A stretch of 64,000 nt of DNA from Candidatus Poribacteria bacterium (GCA_965218095.1 OZ244587.1:2880001-2944000); one strand, 5' to 3'. Shown: positions 40,634-51,323, counted from the first letter of the stretch. Numbers and translations: made by a program. The notes: generated from the sequence alone by a model not told the origin.

Positions 40634-41053
40634 ATGGAAGAACCTGAATTTACTCAACATCCAACTGAGATATTCGGCTACGCTTTTGTCGACGCCACTT
40701 CAGAGGCACAAACAGCACGGGAAGATCAGTTCTGTCCGTTCTTAAATGATGAATGTAAAAAACCGAGGAAAAGTCAACCTGAAGTCAAAGTTGGGGTATG
40801 TACGGTAGGCTATAAGGGCAACTTCTTGGAAAAGATGACTCCCATAATTGTATGCCCTCATCGTTTACGAGAGAAGACAGTCTATCGTACGATTGAGGGA
40901 TTATACTTCGGCAGTTTGCCAGATGAATATTCTGAGCTTCGGTTGAAGTTATCATTCTTGTATTCATCGTGCCTCCTATTTTTATACCCAATAAGAAGAT
41001 TCTTGTCAAGTCAGTTTTTTATCTGGAGACTATCCCATCGAATTCTTAGCTGA
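40634..41053 (+). pseudogene. NotI-family restriction endonuclease relic
   Basis: EIFGY...CPFL...CKKPRKS...GVCTV...IIVCPHR four-Cys metal site typical of NotI family; similarity lost after ~100 aa. Confidence 0.7.
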
Positions 41054-41094
41054 TTCATCCCTAGTTCTGCCCCCTGTAAGGGTCAATTTAGTGC

Positions 41095-41123
41095 TTGCAT
41101 TTCTGAGTGAGGTGTGCTAAAAT
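41095..41123 (+). promoter_or_regulatory. Sigma70-type promoter
   Basis: TTGCAT-17 nt-TAAAAT with extended -10 TG. Confidence 0.55.
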
Positions 41124-41175
41124 CAGCTTATTCGCAGGAATATCAGTGTTATCGTATAGAAAGTGAGGATTACCA

Positions 41176-41448
41176 ATGTTTGTTTGTACTGCATGTGGCT
41201 ATTTATGGAAAGAGGCAGATAGCCCACCCGATGAATGTCCGGCATGCGCTGCTCCCAAAGAGAAATACATTCCCTATGATGATCGTGCTGAACGGTGGGT
41301 AAAGCGATCGGTCGCCCAGCATGTGATGTATCCGGACGAAGAAGGTGCCGATCTTCGCACCGAAAATTCAGCCTTGTCTTCCCATATTCGCTTTGCACTG
41401 GTTGGGTTAGCTGAAGAGCTCAAAAAGGATGGATCGCTCAAGGGATAA
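41176..41448 (+). CDS. Small rubredoxin-like domain protein
   Basis: FVCTACGY...PDECPACAA. Confidence 0.75.
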   Translation: MFVCTACGYLWKEADSPPDECPACAAPKEKYIPYDDRAERWVKRSVAQHVMYPDEEGADLRTENSALSSHIRFALVGLAEELKKDGSLKG

Positions 41449-41542
41449 CTTCCCAGGCATAAGTCTTTCCGTATGCTCAGAGACATTGTCTCTGGGCTTT
41501 TTTTTGGGATTCGGGGTTTTTTAACATCATTGGAGGTTCAAC

Positions 41543-44503
41543 ATGTATCAGAGCGGACACGCTCTCATTCAAATATCCGTTTTCGTATTGATTCTCGGTT
41601 TGGCCGTCTCCACAGGTTGGGCAGGTTATAAACGTATTAATGAACCGAACCCGGCGGATCTGATGTCTGTCCAGATTTATCAATTGGACAACGGGCTAAC
41701 GGTCTATCTCACTGAGAATCATGAAGAACCACGTTTCTATGCAGAGATTGCTGTCCGTGCTGGCAGCAAGCATGACTCGCCAGAGGCAACCGGTATCGCG
41801 CACTATCTGGAACACATGCTCTTTAAGGGGAATCAGAATTTCGGCGCCCTTGATTACGACAAAGAGAAACCGCATCTGGACAAAATTACTGAACTCTATG
41901 AGCAGCATTTCCACGAAACCGATCCGGAAAAGCGAGCGGAAATCTACGCCGCGATAAACCAGGCATCTCAGCTCGCTGCTCAATACGGTATTCCGAACGA
42001 ACTAGATAAGCTTTACACCGCGATGGGTGGACGCGCCGTGAATGCACATACCTGGGTGGAAGAGACAGTTTACAGAGTAGATTTGCCCGCCAACTGTCTG
42101 AAACAGTGGGCTACGATTGAGTCTGATCGCTTCGTCAATCCGGTCTTTCGTCTCTTCCAGACCGAATTAGAGACTGTTTATGAGGAAAAGAACAGGTCAC
42201 TGGATAATAAAGGACGTATCATCAGTGAAGCTGTCAGTAAACTGCTTTATAAGAATCACCCTTATGGACGCCAGACAACCCTTGGTTCGGTTGAGCATCT
42301 GAAGAATCCGTCCCTGAAAAAGATGTACGAATTCTACCATACCTACTATGTGCCGAATAACATGGCAATCCACATCTCCGGTGACATCGATATCGAAGAA
42401 ACCATTCGCATTATCGATGAACATTTTTCGCGGTGGCAGCCGAAAGATTTGCCGGAAGCCAAAACGTGGGAAGAACAATCACTCCAGGGCCCCGAACGTG
42501 TCACCGTCAAATATCAAGGCGAGGAATATGTCCTGCTTGCGTTCCGGATGGCTGGCCGCAATCACCCTGATGCGGAAGCCTTGAAACTCATCGACATGAC
42601 CCTGGATAACGCGACTGCCGGACTCATCAACCTGAACCTCAATCAGCAGCAAAAAGTTCGGCAGGCGGGTTCGTACCCCCGCTTGGACAATGACTATGGC
42701 GTACAATACCTGTGGGGCATTCCTAAGGAGGGACAGTCTCTCGAAGAGGTTGAACAACTCCTCCTGGATCAGATTGAACTGATTAAAAAGGGCGAGTTTG
42801 AAGCATGGATCATCTCGGCCATTGTTACCGACTTCAAAAAAAATCAGAAAGCGCAGTTGGAGTCGAATGGCGCCAGAGCCAGTATCATGCGTAATTCTTT
42901 CTTGGCTCATCAGGATTGGAATTACACTGTTGACGAAATCGCCCGGATGGAAAAGCTGACCAGGCAAGAGCTCGTTGAGGTAGCTAACCGATACTTCGGC
43001 GACAACTATGTAGCCGGTTATCGTGTGGATGAGCAGCACGAAGTTCCCTCTATTGAGAAACCTGCGCTCGACAAAATCGAGATTGACCCCACGCGACAAT
43101 CCGCCTTTGCCCGGAAAATCTTGGCGATGCCTGTGCAAGAGATCGACCCCGTCTTTGTCGATCCGGAAAGAGATTACCAGATCGCCAATTATCACGATGG
43201 CGTCAAGCTATATTATTCCCAAAACCCAATCAACGACCTCTCTATGTTTACAATCTCCATCGATATCGGAACCCGTCACAATAATAAGCTGGGTATAGCC
43301 GAGCAGTTACTCGATAAATCCGGCACTCCAAAATACAGTTCGGAAGACTTAAAAAAGGAGTGGTATAAGCTCGGAACCGATTTCAGCACCGATGTCGGCG
43401 CCAACGAGACTACCATCGCTATCTCAGGACTTGACGAAAACTTTGGCGCGTCTTTGGCGTTGCTCATGGATTATCTGAAGCATCCAATCGCCGACGAAGC
43501 GACCCTGGAGGAACTCATCAAAATCATCCTAGTCAACAGGGAAGATGCCAAAAAAGATCCGCGTACCATCTTTAGCGCTCTTGTCAATTACAATCGCTTC
43601 GGCGAAGAATCCCGTTACCTGCGTCTGTTGCCCGCAGAAGAGGTTAAAAAGCTGACAGTTGATGAACTCCACGGATTGATTAAAGGACTTCTCGACTACA
43701 AACACACGATTAGTTATACAGGTTCATTATCCCTGGATGAAGTTCTGGATGTCCTTAAAGAGTATCATTCCATTCCAGGGGCTTTGCAAACGCCGCCGCC
43801 TTACTATTTCCTCAAGGTCCGTGCCTCCGAAGTGACCGAGGTCCTGTTCTTCGACAAAGAGATAGCGCAAGCACGAGTTTACATTGAATTTGGCGACGAG
43901 GAGTATAACGAAGCCAATAATCCAGCCAGCCAACTCTACAATACCTACTTTGACGGGGGGATGTCCGGCGTCGTCTTCCAGGAGTTGCGCGAAGCCCGTG
44001 CGCTTGCTTATGCCGCCGGTGCGAAGTATGCGCTCGGCAGCCGCAAGGGCGAGCAGAATTCGATGTGGGCGTATATCGGCTGTCAGGCAGATAAAACACC
44101 GGAGGCAGTGGAAGCCTTTATTGACCTTATTGATAACCTCCCGGAATCTCCCGAGCGTTTTGAGGAGGCGCGCCAATTCAGAATCAATCGCTACCGCACT
44201 GCTAAAATTGGGTTCCGGGGTGTCATTGGCGCAGTGCGCTCTTGGGAGCGTTTGGAGGCGCCGATTGATCCGCGAAAATCCCGCTATGAACAGATTCAAC
44301 AGTCCAATATAGACTTGATGCTCCAATTCCATAAGGCGCGCATACAAAACCGGCCCAAGCTCATCTCCATTGTTGGAGGCCAGAACAAGATTGATATGGA
44401 AAGGTTAGCACAAGTCGGTCAGGTAATTGAAGTTGGGCTGGAAGATATCTTTATTGATGTTACCCCACCACAGTCTCCCGGCGAACCGACCCCTGAAGAT
44501 TGA
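41543..44503 (+). CDS. M16 family (insulinase-like) zinc metallopeptidase
   Basis: Signal peptide, GIAHYLEHMLFKG (HxxEH), VYEEK, FQELREARALAY. Confidence 0.93.
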   Translation: MYQSGHALIQISVFVLILGLAVSTGWAGYKRINEPNPADLMSVQIYQLDNGLTVYLTENHEEPRFYAEIAVRAGSKHDSPEATGIAHYLEHMLFKGNQNFGALDYDKEKPHLDKITELYEQHFHETDPEKRAEIYAAINQASQLAAQYGIPNELDKLYTAMGGRAVNAHTWVEETVYRVDLPANCLKQWATIESDRFVNPVFRLFQTELETVYEEKNRSLDNKGRIISEAVSKLLYKNHPYGRQTTLGSVEHLKNPSLKKMYEFYHTYYVPNNMAIHISGDIDIEETIRIIDEHFSRWQPKDLPEAKTWEEQSLQGPERVTVKYQGEEYVLLAFRMAGRNHPDAEALKLIDMTLDNATAGLINLNLNQQQKVRQAGSYPRLDNDYGVQYLWGIPKEGQSLEEVEQLLLDQIELIKKGEFEAWIISAIVTDFKKNQKAQLESNGARASIMRNSFLAHQDWNYTVDEIARMEKLTRQELVEVANRYFGDNYVAGYRVDEQHEVPSIEKPALDKIEIDPTRQSAFARKILAMPVQEIDPVFVDPERDYQIANYHDGVKLYYSQNPINDLSMFTISIDIGTRHNNKLGIAEQLLDKSGTPKYSSEDLKKEWYKLGTDFSTDVGANETTIAISGLDENFGASLALLMDYLKHPIADEATLEELIKIILVNREDAKKDPRTIFSALVNYNRFGEESRYLRLLPAEEVKKLTVDELHGLIKGLLDYKHTISYTGSLSLDEVLDVLKEYHSIPGALQTPPPYYFLKVRASEVTEVLFFDKEIAQARVYIEFGDEEYNEANNPASQLYNTYFDGGMSGVVFQELREARALAYAAGAKYALGSRKGEQNSMWAYIGCQADKTPEAVEAFIDLIDNLPESPERFEEARQFRINRYRTAKIGFRGVIGAVRSWERLEAPIDPRKSRYEQIQQSNIDLMLQFHKARIQNRPKLISIVGGQNKIDMERLAQVGQVIEVGLEDIFIDVTPPQSPGEPTPED

Positions 44504-44886
44504 TTAACGGAAAATGAAATTGCATAGCGCATTGCTGCACAGGTCGTATGCCTCACGCATTATGAAACAGATTACTCTCCATTCTGGATCAAGGGCGCGG
44601 GTCGTCATTTCAAGGTGAATCTAAAGTGTGTCGAAGGGAAGGGTGTACCTATTTTTCTAGGGACAGCCGATCAGTACAGGCGCTTTATTAAAACGCTGTT
44701 TGATATAATGAGAGAAGGGGCTGTGTTTGTAACGATAGAGGAGATCGTAGAGAATATGCAGGCAAAAACCGCAGGTGGGCAGGTGAGACCATGAGAAAGT
44801 GAGCCAGACCAAAGAGTCGTTCTTTTGTCTAATCTCACTTTCACCCGCGCTCACTTTCCCACTTTCTCTCCCCAAAAGGAGGTTTT

Positions 44887-47800
44887 ATGATGTTGCGTGC
44901 CCCGATAAGATCGGTTCCGAGAAGCTCGGAATCTCGCAGTTCGCTAGAGAGATTGAAACCAACTTGTATTGGCTTTTGCTTTTTCACACTTTCACACCTG
45001 CTCCTCCTCTCACTTTCGGGTTCTAATGTCTCTGCCCAGCAGCCGATTGCTCAAGATGCCTATGCTATCTTTGAGCAAAAGTGCCTCATCTGCCACGGAC
45101 CCGACGGTGCCTATCGAGAGACACTCTTAATTGAGCACACCCCGCTCATCGAAAACGGAACGGTTATGCCGGGAAACCCAGAAGCGTCCGAATTGTATAA
45201 ACGGCTCCTGACCACTGACACAGCCAAACGGATGCCACTTGGATCGCCCCCCCTGTCCGCTCCGGCGATTGACACGATTCGCCGTTGGATTTTAGCTGGC
45301 GCACCCGATTGGGCGGCAATCCCCCCACCCGATAGCCGTTTCATTCCCCCCGGTGAAATACTGGATACCATCGAGAATCATGTGATGTCGCTCACGCCAT
45401 TTGACCGCGCCTTCGCCCGCTATTTTACACTCACACATCTCTATAACGCAGGTGAGACAGCGGAAGTTCTCAAAGAATATCGCAACGGGCTCTCCAAACT
45501 GGTCAACAGCCTCTCATGGGAGCGCGAAGTCACCAACCCACAGTCCATCGACCCACAGGGGACAATCTTCTACATCGACCTCCGACACTATGAGTGGGAT
45601 CGCAATGACGGCTGGACACAGATTGAAGGGGCGTATCCCTATCACATCGCGTTTGATGCGCCAACCGAGACTGCGCTGCGGGAACAACTAACACGGTTAC
45701 AGACAGAGATGGACTGCGATGTGCCGTCGATTCATATCGACTGGTTTCTTGCGACGGCATCTCTGCCACCGCTGTACCACGAGCTGCTTTCTCTGCCATT
45801 GACGGATAGGGAATTAGAGACCCGACTGGAAGTTGATGTAGTCCGCAATCGCCGCGATGCGCCGGGGGTTGATGTCTGGCGGGCGGGATTCAACAATTCG
45901 GGTGTCTCCAATAACAACCGGGTAGTGGAGAGGCATAGCTCTCGATATGGAGCGTATTGGAAAAGCTATGATTTTGCTGGGAATGTTGGCACACAGAACA
46001 TCTTCACCCATCCGCTCAATTTCACGCATGATGGCGGGGAGGTTATCTTTAATCTCCCCAACGGGTTGCAGGGATACTATCTGGTCAATGGGACGGGGTT
46101 CCGGTTGGATGCGGCGCCGATTAAAATCGTTTCCAATCCCGCCGCGAGCGACCCGACCGTCCGCAACGGGCTTTCGTGCATGGGATGCCACACCGAGGGG
46201 ATGAAAACCTTTGAAGATGAGGTGCGTTCGGTGATTGAGGCTAATGCAACCCCAGCTTACGACAAAGCGCAGGCGCTGCGCCTCTACGTCGAACAATCAG
46301 AGATGAATGCCCTCGTGCTTGAAGATATGGACCTCTACCGGCAGGCGCTTGAAGCGACGGGGGGTGTGTTTGGTGGGATTGAACCGATTTCACGTTTCCA
46401 CGAGGCGTTTCAGGGACCGGTGGACGCGGCACATGCCGCCGCCGCGGTTGGGTTAACAACCGAAGCGTTCATCGAAAAGATTCGTGAGAATGTGGGGCTA
46501 CAGAATGTCGGCTTGCTGGTGTTAGATAGTGAGAACGGGCGTGTGAAACGCGACACATGGACATCGAAATTTCTGGCTGTGCTTTTTGCGCTGGATTTCC
46601 CAGAGCAAGTTGAGCCCCCAGAACCGCCGCCTCCGCCTCCGCCGGGCACGGTTGTTCACATCCCGGACCCGAACCTGCGTGCTGCGATTGCAGAGGAACT
46701 TGGTAAAAGCCCCAATGCCCCGATTACTGTGGAGGAGATGGGAAGATTAAAAAGACTTGAGGCACGGAGTAGGGGCATCCGGGAGTTGATAGGACTTCAG
46801 TTTGCAACCAATCTGAACGAGTTAATTTTTGAAGAAAATCAGATTTCCGACCTGTCACCACTTGCGGGATTAATCAACCTGCGCGATCTCACACTTGAGC
46901 GCAACCCCGTATCCGACCTATCTCCCCTGAGGGGCCTAAAAAATCTCACTCGCTTGGGGTTTAGCTATACTTTAGTATCCGATCTGTCGCCGCTTACAGG
47001 ATTAATTAACCTGCGCGATTTTGACTTTCACGACATCCCCGTATCCGATCTGTCACCACTAGCAGGATTAATCAATTTGGAGGATTTAACCTTTGGTGGT
47101 GGCCAAATCGCAAACATATCCAATCTATCACCACTTGCCGGATTAATCAACTTGAAATGGATTCACGCGTGGGGCAACCCCATATCCGATTTATCGCCGC
47201 TGAGAGGATTAACAAAACTGTGGCATCTATATCTTCCCGCTGGAGATATATCAGACCTGACACCTCTGGCAGACTTAACCAGCCTAAAAGAACTATATCT
47301 TGGCCACAACGACATATCGGATATATCACCCCTTGCGGGGTTAACCGGGTTAAATCGTATGAATCTTGACAGAAACGACATATCGGACGTATCCTCGCTT
47401 GCAGGTTTAACCCATTTGGAATGGCTAAATCTTGGTAGGAACAACATATCAAACATATCACCTCTTGCGGATTTAACCAGCCTAAAAGAACTATATCTTG
47501 GCCACAACGACATATCGGATATATCACCCCTTGCGGGGTTAACTAACTTGAAATGGATGGATCTTTCACACAATGACATATTGAACGTAACGCCGCTTGT
47601 GGGTTTGACCAACTTGAAATGGCTAGCGGTCAACCACAACGAAATCTCTGACCTTTCACCTTTGGTGGAGTTACACAAAAATATAACAGTTACTTTCTCC
47701 GACAATCCGGGTTTTCCAAAAGGGGGGCCGAAGATAGAGGGACCATGGCTATGGGTGTTGTTACCGGACAGAGAAATAGATAGCAGCACGGATTTACTAT

Positions 47801-49245
47801 CAGCAGCAAGTGAGGGTGTGGTAACGGAGGTGGGGGTTTCCACCCACGGGGCAACGGAGGGGAAGGCAGTCAGCGATGATGTGTGGACCTCCCACAGACT
47901 CTCACCTACGGGGAGTGATAACATTGGAGATATGCTGAAAGAATCCATCCGTGACGGAGTCCTCTATGGCACTGTGTCTCTCTATTCACCACGGCAACAG
48001 GAAACAACAATATACGTCGGTAGTGAGGACGAGTCAAAGGTCTGGCTCAACGGAGAGTTGATTTACCAGAACCTCCGTAGACGTGGTGCTGATGATTACC
48101 AAGATTTTTCCCTTGTCACGCTAAAGCAGGGGAAAAATGTCTTGTTAGTCGCGGTTGAAATCATTGGTGACAATGGTAGTGTCTTTTTGGGATTTGAACC
48201 AGACACCGACTACGTAGTATCAATGGGTCTTGGCTATACTTTTTCCAAGACACCAATTCATGTCGGCGATACCTTTATCCTCGACATCCGCGCCGAAAAT
48301 GTCTTTGACCTCGCAGGTTGGCAGTTTGATATTGCCTTCGACTCTGCCGCCCTGGAAGCCATTGACGTAGACGAAGGCGATTTCCTAAAATCAGGGGGAG
48401 CGACCTTCTTTCAGGGTGGGCGCATTGAGAACGCAGCCGGTAAAATCACAGGGCTCACCGCGGCTCGGCTAACCAAGCTCGGTGCGAGTGGCAGCGGCAG
48501 CCTGGTTCAGGTAACATTCAAGGCGAAATCCGGCGGCGAAACGGACGTCGCATTGCAAAACTTCCAGTTCGGCGCGATCACCGGGGAAAGCATCCCCGCG
48601 GGCCCGCATGAAATCCGCATCACTGTGGAGGGACAACTTGCGACCGGGGATGTGAATCGAGATGGGCAGGTGAGCATTCTGGATCTGATTCTCGTCGCAC
48701 AGCAGTTGGGGGAAACGGTGCCCACCAACTCGCCGGTGGATGTCAATGGCGATGGTGTTGTCAGCATTCTCGACCTCATCCGCGTGGCAGCGGAGTTCGG
48801 AACGCCCGCCGCGCCGCCGGTTGCAACCATGGGGGGACTGAAAGTGGCAATAGAAGCGTGGATTGCGGATGCACGGTTGGCGGATGACGGTTCGGTTGCC
48901 TTCCAACAGGGTATCGAGAATCTTCAAAAACTGTTAGCCTCGCTGATTCCTGAAGAAACAGCGTTGCACCCAAACTATCCGAATCCGTTTAACCCGGAGA
49001 CGTGGATTCCTTATCATCTCGCTAAGGCTGCCGATGTGCAGATCCATATCTATGATGTGAGGGGCGTGTTGGTGCGTCGATTCGATTTGGGGTATCAGAT
49101 AGCGGGGTATTATGTGGATCGCCCGAAGGCGGCATATTGGGACGGGCGCAACAATAACGGGGAATTGGTCGCCAGTGGGGTCTATTTTTATATGTTGAGC
49201 GCGGGTGATTTTACGGAGACGCGACGGATGGTGATTTTGAAATGA
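44887..49245 (+). CDS. Secreted multidomain protein: c-type cytochrome domains, LRRs, cohesin, dockerin, FlgD/T9SS-like C-terminal domain
   Basis: CLICH and CMGCH; IPDPNLRAAI cap plus 22-aa ISDLSPLAGL repeats; DLAGWQFDIAFD cohesin; GDVNRDGQVSILDL x2; NYPNPFNPETWIPY...WDGRN..GE.VASGVYFY. Confidence 0.9.
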   Translation: MMLRAPIRSVPRSSESRSSLERLKPTCIGFCFFTLSHLLLLSLSGSNVSAQQPIAQDAYAIFEQKCLICHGPDGAYRETLLIEHTPLIENGTVMPGNPEASELYKRLLTTDTAKRMPLGSPPLSAPAIDTIRRWILAGAPDWAAIPPPDSRFIPPGEILDTIENHVMSLTPFDRAFARYFTLTHLYNAGETAEVLKEYRNGLSKLVNSLSWEREVTNPQSIDPQGTIFYIDLRHYEWDRNDGWTQIEGAYPYHIAFDAPTETALREQLTRLQTEMDCDVPSIHIDWFLATASLPPLYHELLSLPLTDRELETRLEVDVVRNRRDAPGVDVWRAGFNNSGVSNNNRVVERHSSRYGAYWKSYDFAGNVGTQNIFTHPLNFTHDGGEVIFNLPNGLQGYYLVNGTGFRLDAAPIKIVSNPAASDPTVRNGLSCMGCHTEGMKTFEDEVRSVIEANATPAYDKAQALRLYVEQSEMNALVLEDMDLYRQALEATGGVFGGIEPISRFHEAFQGPVDAAHAAAAVGLTTEAFIEKIRENVGLQNVGLLVLDSENGRVKRDTWTSKFLAVLFALDFPEQVEPPEPPPPPPPGTVVHIPDPNLRAAIAEELGKSPNAPITVEEMGRLKRLEARSRGIRELIGLQFATNLNELIFEENQISDLSPLAGLINLRDLTLERNPVSDLSPLRGLKNLTRLGFSYTLVSDLSPLTGLINLRDFDFHDIPVSDLSPLAGLINLEDLTFGGGQIANISNLSPLAGLINLKWIHAWGNPISDLSPLRGLTKLWHLYLPAGDISDLTPLADLTSLKELYLGHNDISDISPLAGLTGLNRMNLDRNDISDVSSLAGLTHLEWLNLGRNNISNISPLADLTSLKELYLGHNDISDISPLAGLTNLKWMDLSHNDILNVTPLVGLTNLKWLAVNHNEISDLSPLVELHKNITVTFSDNPGFPKGGPKIEGPWLWVLLPDREIDSSTDLLSAASEGVVTEVGVSTHGATEGKAVSDDVWTSHRLSPTGSDNIGDMLKESIRDGVLYGTVSLYSPRQQETTIYVGSEDESKVWLNGELIYQNLRRRGADDYQDFSLVTLKQGKNVLLVAVEIIGDNGSVFLGFEPDTDYVVSMGLGYTFSKTPIHVGDTFILDIRAENVFDLAGWQFDIAFDSAALEAIDVDEGDFLKSGGATFFQGGRIENAAGKITGLTAARLTKLGASGSGSLVQVTFKAKSGGETDVALQNFQFGAITGESIPAGPHEIRITVEGQLATGDVNRDGQVSILDLILVAQQLGETVPTNSPVDVNGDGVVSILDLIRVAAEFGTPAAPPVATMGGLKVAIEAWIADARLADDGSVAFQQGIENLQKLLASLIPEETALHPNYPNPFNPETWIPYHLAKAADVQIHIYDVRGVLVRRFDLGYQIAGYYVDRPKAAYWDGRNNNGELVASGVYFYMLSAGDFTETRRMVILK
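47275..47543 (+). repeat. Exact 71-bp direct repeat within the LRR array
   Basis: 47275-47345 identical to 47473-47543, offset 198 bp (three LRR units). Confidence 0.9.
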
Positions 49246-49259
49246 AAGGCGGAAATATC

Positions 49260-49496
49260 GTGAATTTCAAAGAGAAGTTGCTCTATATGGGACTTGGTTT
49301 TCTATTCGCTTCAGCGGGTTACATGCTGGCAAACTGGCAGAATACGGTGGATGCGCAGGGACCGCCAATACAGCCACAGGTGATTGATTAGGTGGTTTGC
49401 TGTCAGTTAAGAATCGTTGAGCCGTATGGCAAGACGGTTGTTGAACTGCATGGGCGGGATGAATCTGGTGGCGTAATCGCAGGAATAGCTCGATAA
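49260..49496 (+). pseudogene. Small exported protein relic with in-frame TAG
   Basis: VNFKEKLLYMGLGFLFASAGY...VID*VVCCQLRIVEPYGK; TAG 49389. Confidence 0.45.
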
Positions 49497-49670
49497 ACCC
49501 ATTTCCTCACTTCCCACTTTCTCCTTTTCTAAGGTGTTTGATTTCAAGATGTTGCGACTCAATTCAAGGAAAGTGTAAACTGATTTGCCAGCCACCCCCG
49601 TCAATGCCTTCTAAATCCACAACTTGAGCTATCAAAGCCAACATTTCCCCCATCTGATAGGAGAACGCAA

Positions 49671-51284
49671 ATGGAAGTTCATCAGCCACATACTGACAGA
49701 AGCAATCTCGTGACTTACATAGAAGATCCGGACAGAAAACACCTTTTCCACTACGGGGACGGATTCCTCTATGATCGGCTCCCCAAAGGCACCCGTGTCA
49801 TCTATCCCCCACCGCCGTTAGAGCCAATTGCTGATCCGGACGCAGCCATTGAACACGCGATCGAAAACCCGTTGGGGGTGGACACGCTTGCAGCCCAGCT
49901 TCGTCCTGGCATGAAGGTCACAATTGCATTCGATGATTTATCGTTGCCGCTACCACCAATGAAAGCACCAGATCTCCGCCAACGCACTATCGAAATTGTG
50001 CTGAACCAGCTTGCCGCTGCGGGGATTGACGACATCCACTTGATTGCGGCGTTAGGGCTTCACCGCCGCATGACGCCAGCAGAACTCAAACATGCAGTTG
50101 GCCCGAAAGTTTTCAACCAGTTTCACCCCGATTGCCTCTATAACTTTGACGCGGAAGATCAGGAAAACTTAGCCCTCTTGGGAAAAACAGAGCTTGGCGA
50201 AGAAGTGGAAACCAATCGTCGAATCGCCGAATCTGACATGCTGATTTATGTGAATATCAACCTTGTGGGGATGAATGGTGGATATAAATCCCTGCCGACC
50301 GGCATTAGCAGCTATCGAAGTATTCGTCACCACCACAATACGCAGACCTTGCTGCATACCCGTTCCTTAATGGATGCCCCGAATTCTGTGCTTCATCACG
50401 CCTGCCGACGGATCTGGAAAGTGTTCATGGAGCATCTCAACGTCTTCACGATTGAGACGACCATCAATAGCGCAACTTTCCCGTCACTGTTTGGCTTTCT
50501 TGAAAAACAGGAGTCAACCTATACTCTCTTGGACCGGCTAAATCTCCAGTTCAACAAAACGAGCCTCGATCTGATGCCCAATGCCTTGGCGCGGAAGATT
50601 ATGCACAGTATGCGCGCGCCTTATGGAATGACAGGCGTACATGCAGGACATACCGAGCCGGTTCACGAAAAGACCCTTGAAAATCTTTATAAACAGCAAC
50701 TCGTTCCGGTCAAGGGGCAGGCGGACATTATGATTGCAGGCGTTCCCTATTTGGGACCGTACAACGTCAATTCGATCATGAATCCCATTTTGGTCATGTG
50801 CATGACGCTGGGGTATACCTTTAATTTTTACCGCAACATGCCGCTAGTTCGTCGAGGCGGTGTTGCGATTTTTACCCACCCGGTTGACTACAAATTCCAC
50901 AAGGTGCATCATCCGTCCTACATTGACTTTTTCGAGCAGGTATTAACCCAGACCACCGAGCCCGCTGAAATCGAAAAACAGTTTGAAGAGTCTTTCGCAT
51001 ATAATCCCAGATATATCGAGTTGTACCGGAATTCTTACGCCTTTCACGGTGTTCACCCATTCTACATGTGGTATTGGGGCTGCCACGGGCTCGACCATTT
51101 GGGGAAAGTAATTTTTGTCAAACCCAGAAGCGTTGAGGCAGTCCATCGCATGGGGTTTGACGCGGCACGAAATCTCACTGAAGCCATTGAGATGGCGCAG
51201 AGCGTTGTTGGGGGTTCCGCAGAGATTACATACTATCACTATCCACCCATCTTTATATGCGATATGACCGGTACTGAAACGTAA
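49671..51284 (+). CDS. Lactate racemase (LarA/DUF2088) domain protein
   Basis: AIENPLG, KVTIAFDD, IAALGLHRRMT, GGYKS. Confidence 0.85.
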   Translation: MEVHQPHTDRSNLVTYIEDPDRKHLFHYGDGFLYDRLPKGTRVIYPPPPLEPIADPDAAIEHAIENPLGVDTLAAQLRPGMKVTIAFDDLSLPLPPMKAPDLRQRTIEIVLNQLAAAGIDDIHLIAALGLHRRMTPAELKHAVGPKVFNQFHPDCLYNFDAEDQENLALLGKTELGEEVETNRRIAESDMLIYVNINLVGMNGGYKSLPTGISSYRSIRHHHNTQTLLHTRSLMDAPNSVLHHACRRIWKVFMEHLNVFTIETTINSATFPSLFGFLEKQESTYTLLDRLNLQFNKTSLDLMPNALARKIMHSMRAPYGMTGVHAGHTEPVHEKTLENLYKQQLVPVKGQADIMIAGVPYLGPYNVNSIMNPILVMCMTLGYTFNFYRNMPLVRRGGVAIFTHPVDYKFHKVHHPSYIDFFEQVLTQTTEPAEIEKQFEESFAYNPRYIELYRNSYAFHGVHPFYMWYWGCHGLDHLGKVIFVKPRSVEAVHRMGFDAARNLTEAIEMAQSVVGGSAEITYYHYPPIFICDMTGTET

Positions 51285-51323
51285 AGAAGATTACGCATCA
51301 CGTTTTACGTTTCACACATAACA

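Noticed and set aside
46700-47700. Diversity-generating retroelement acting on the LRRs
   Set aside because: No reverse transcriptase in the window and no template/variable pair with adenine-specific differences
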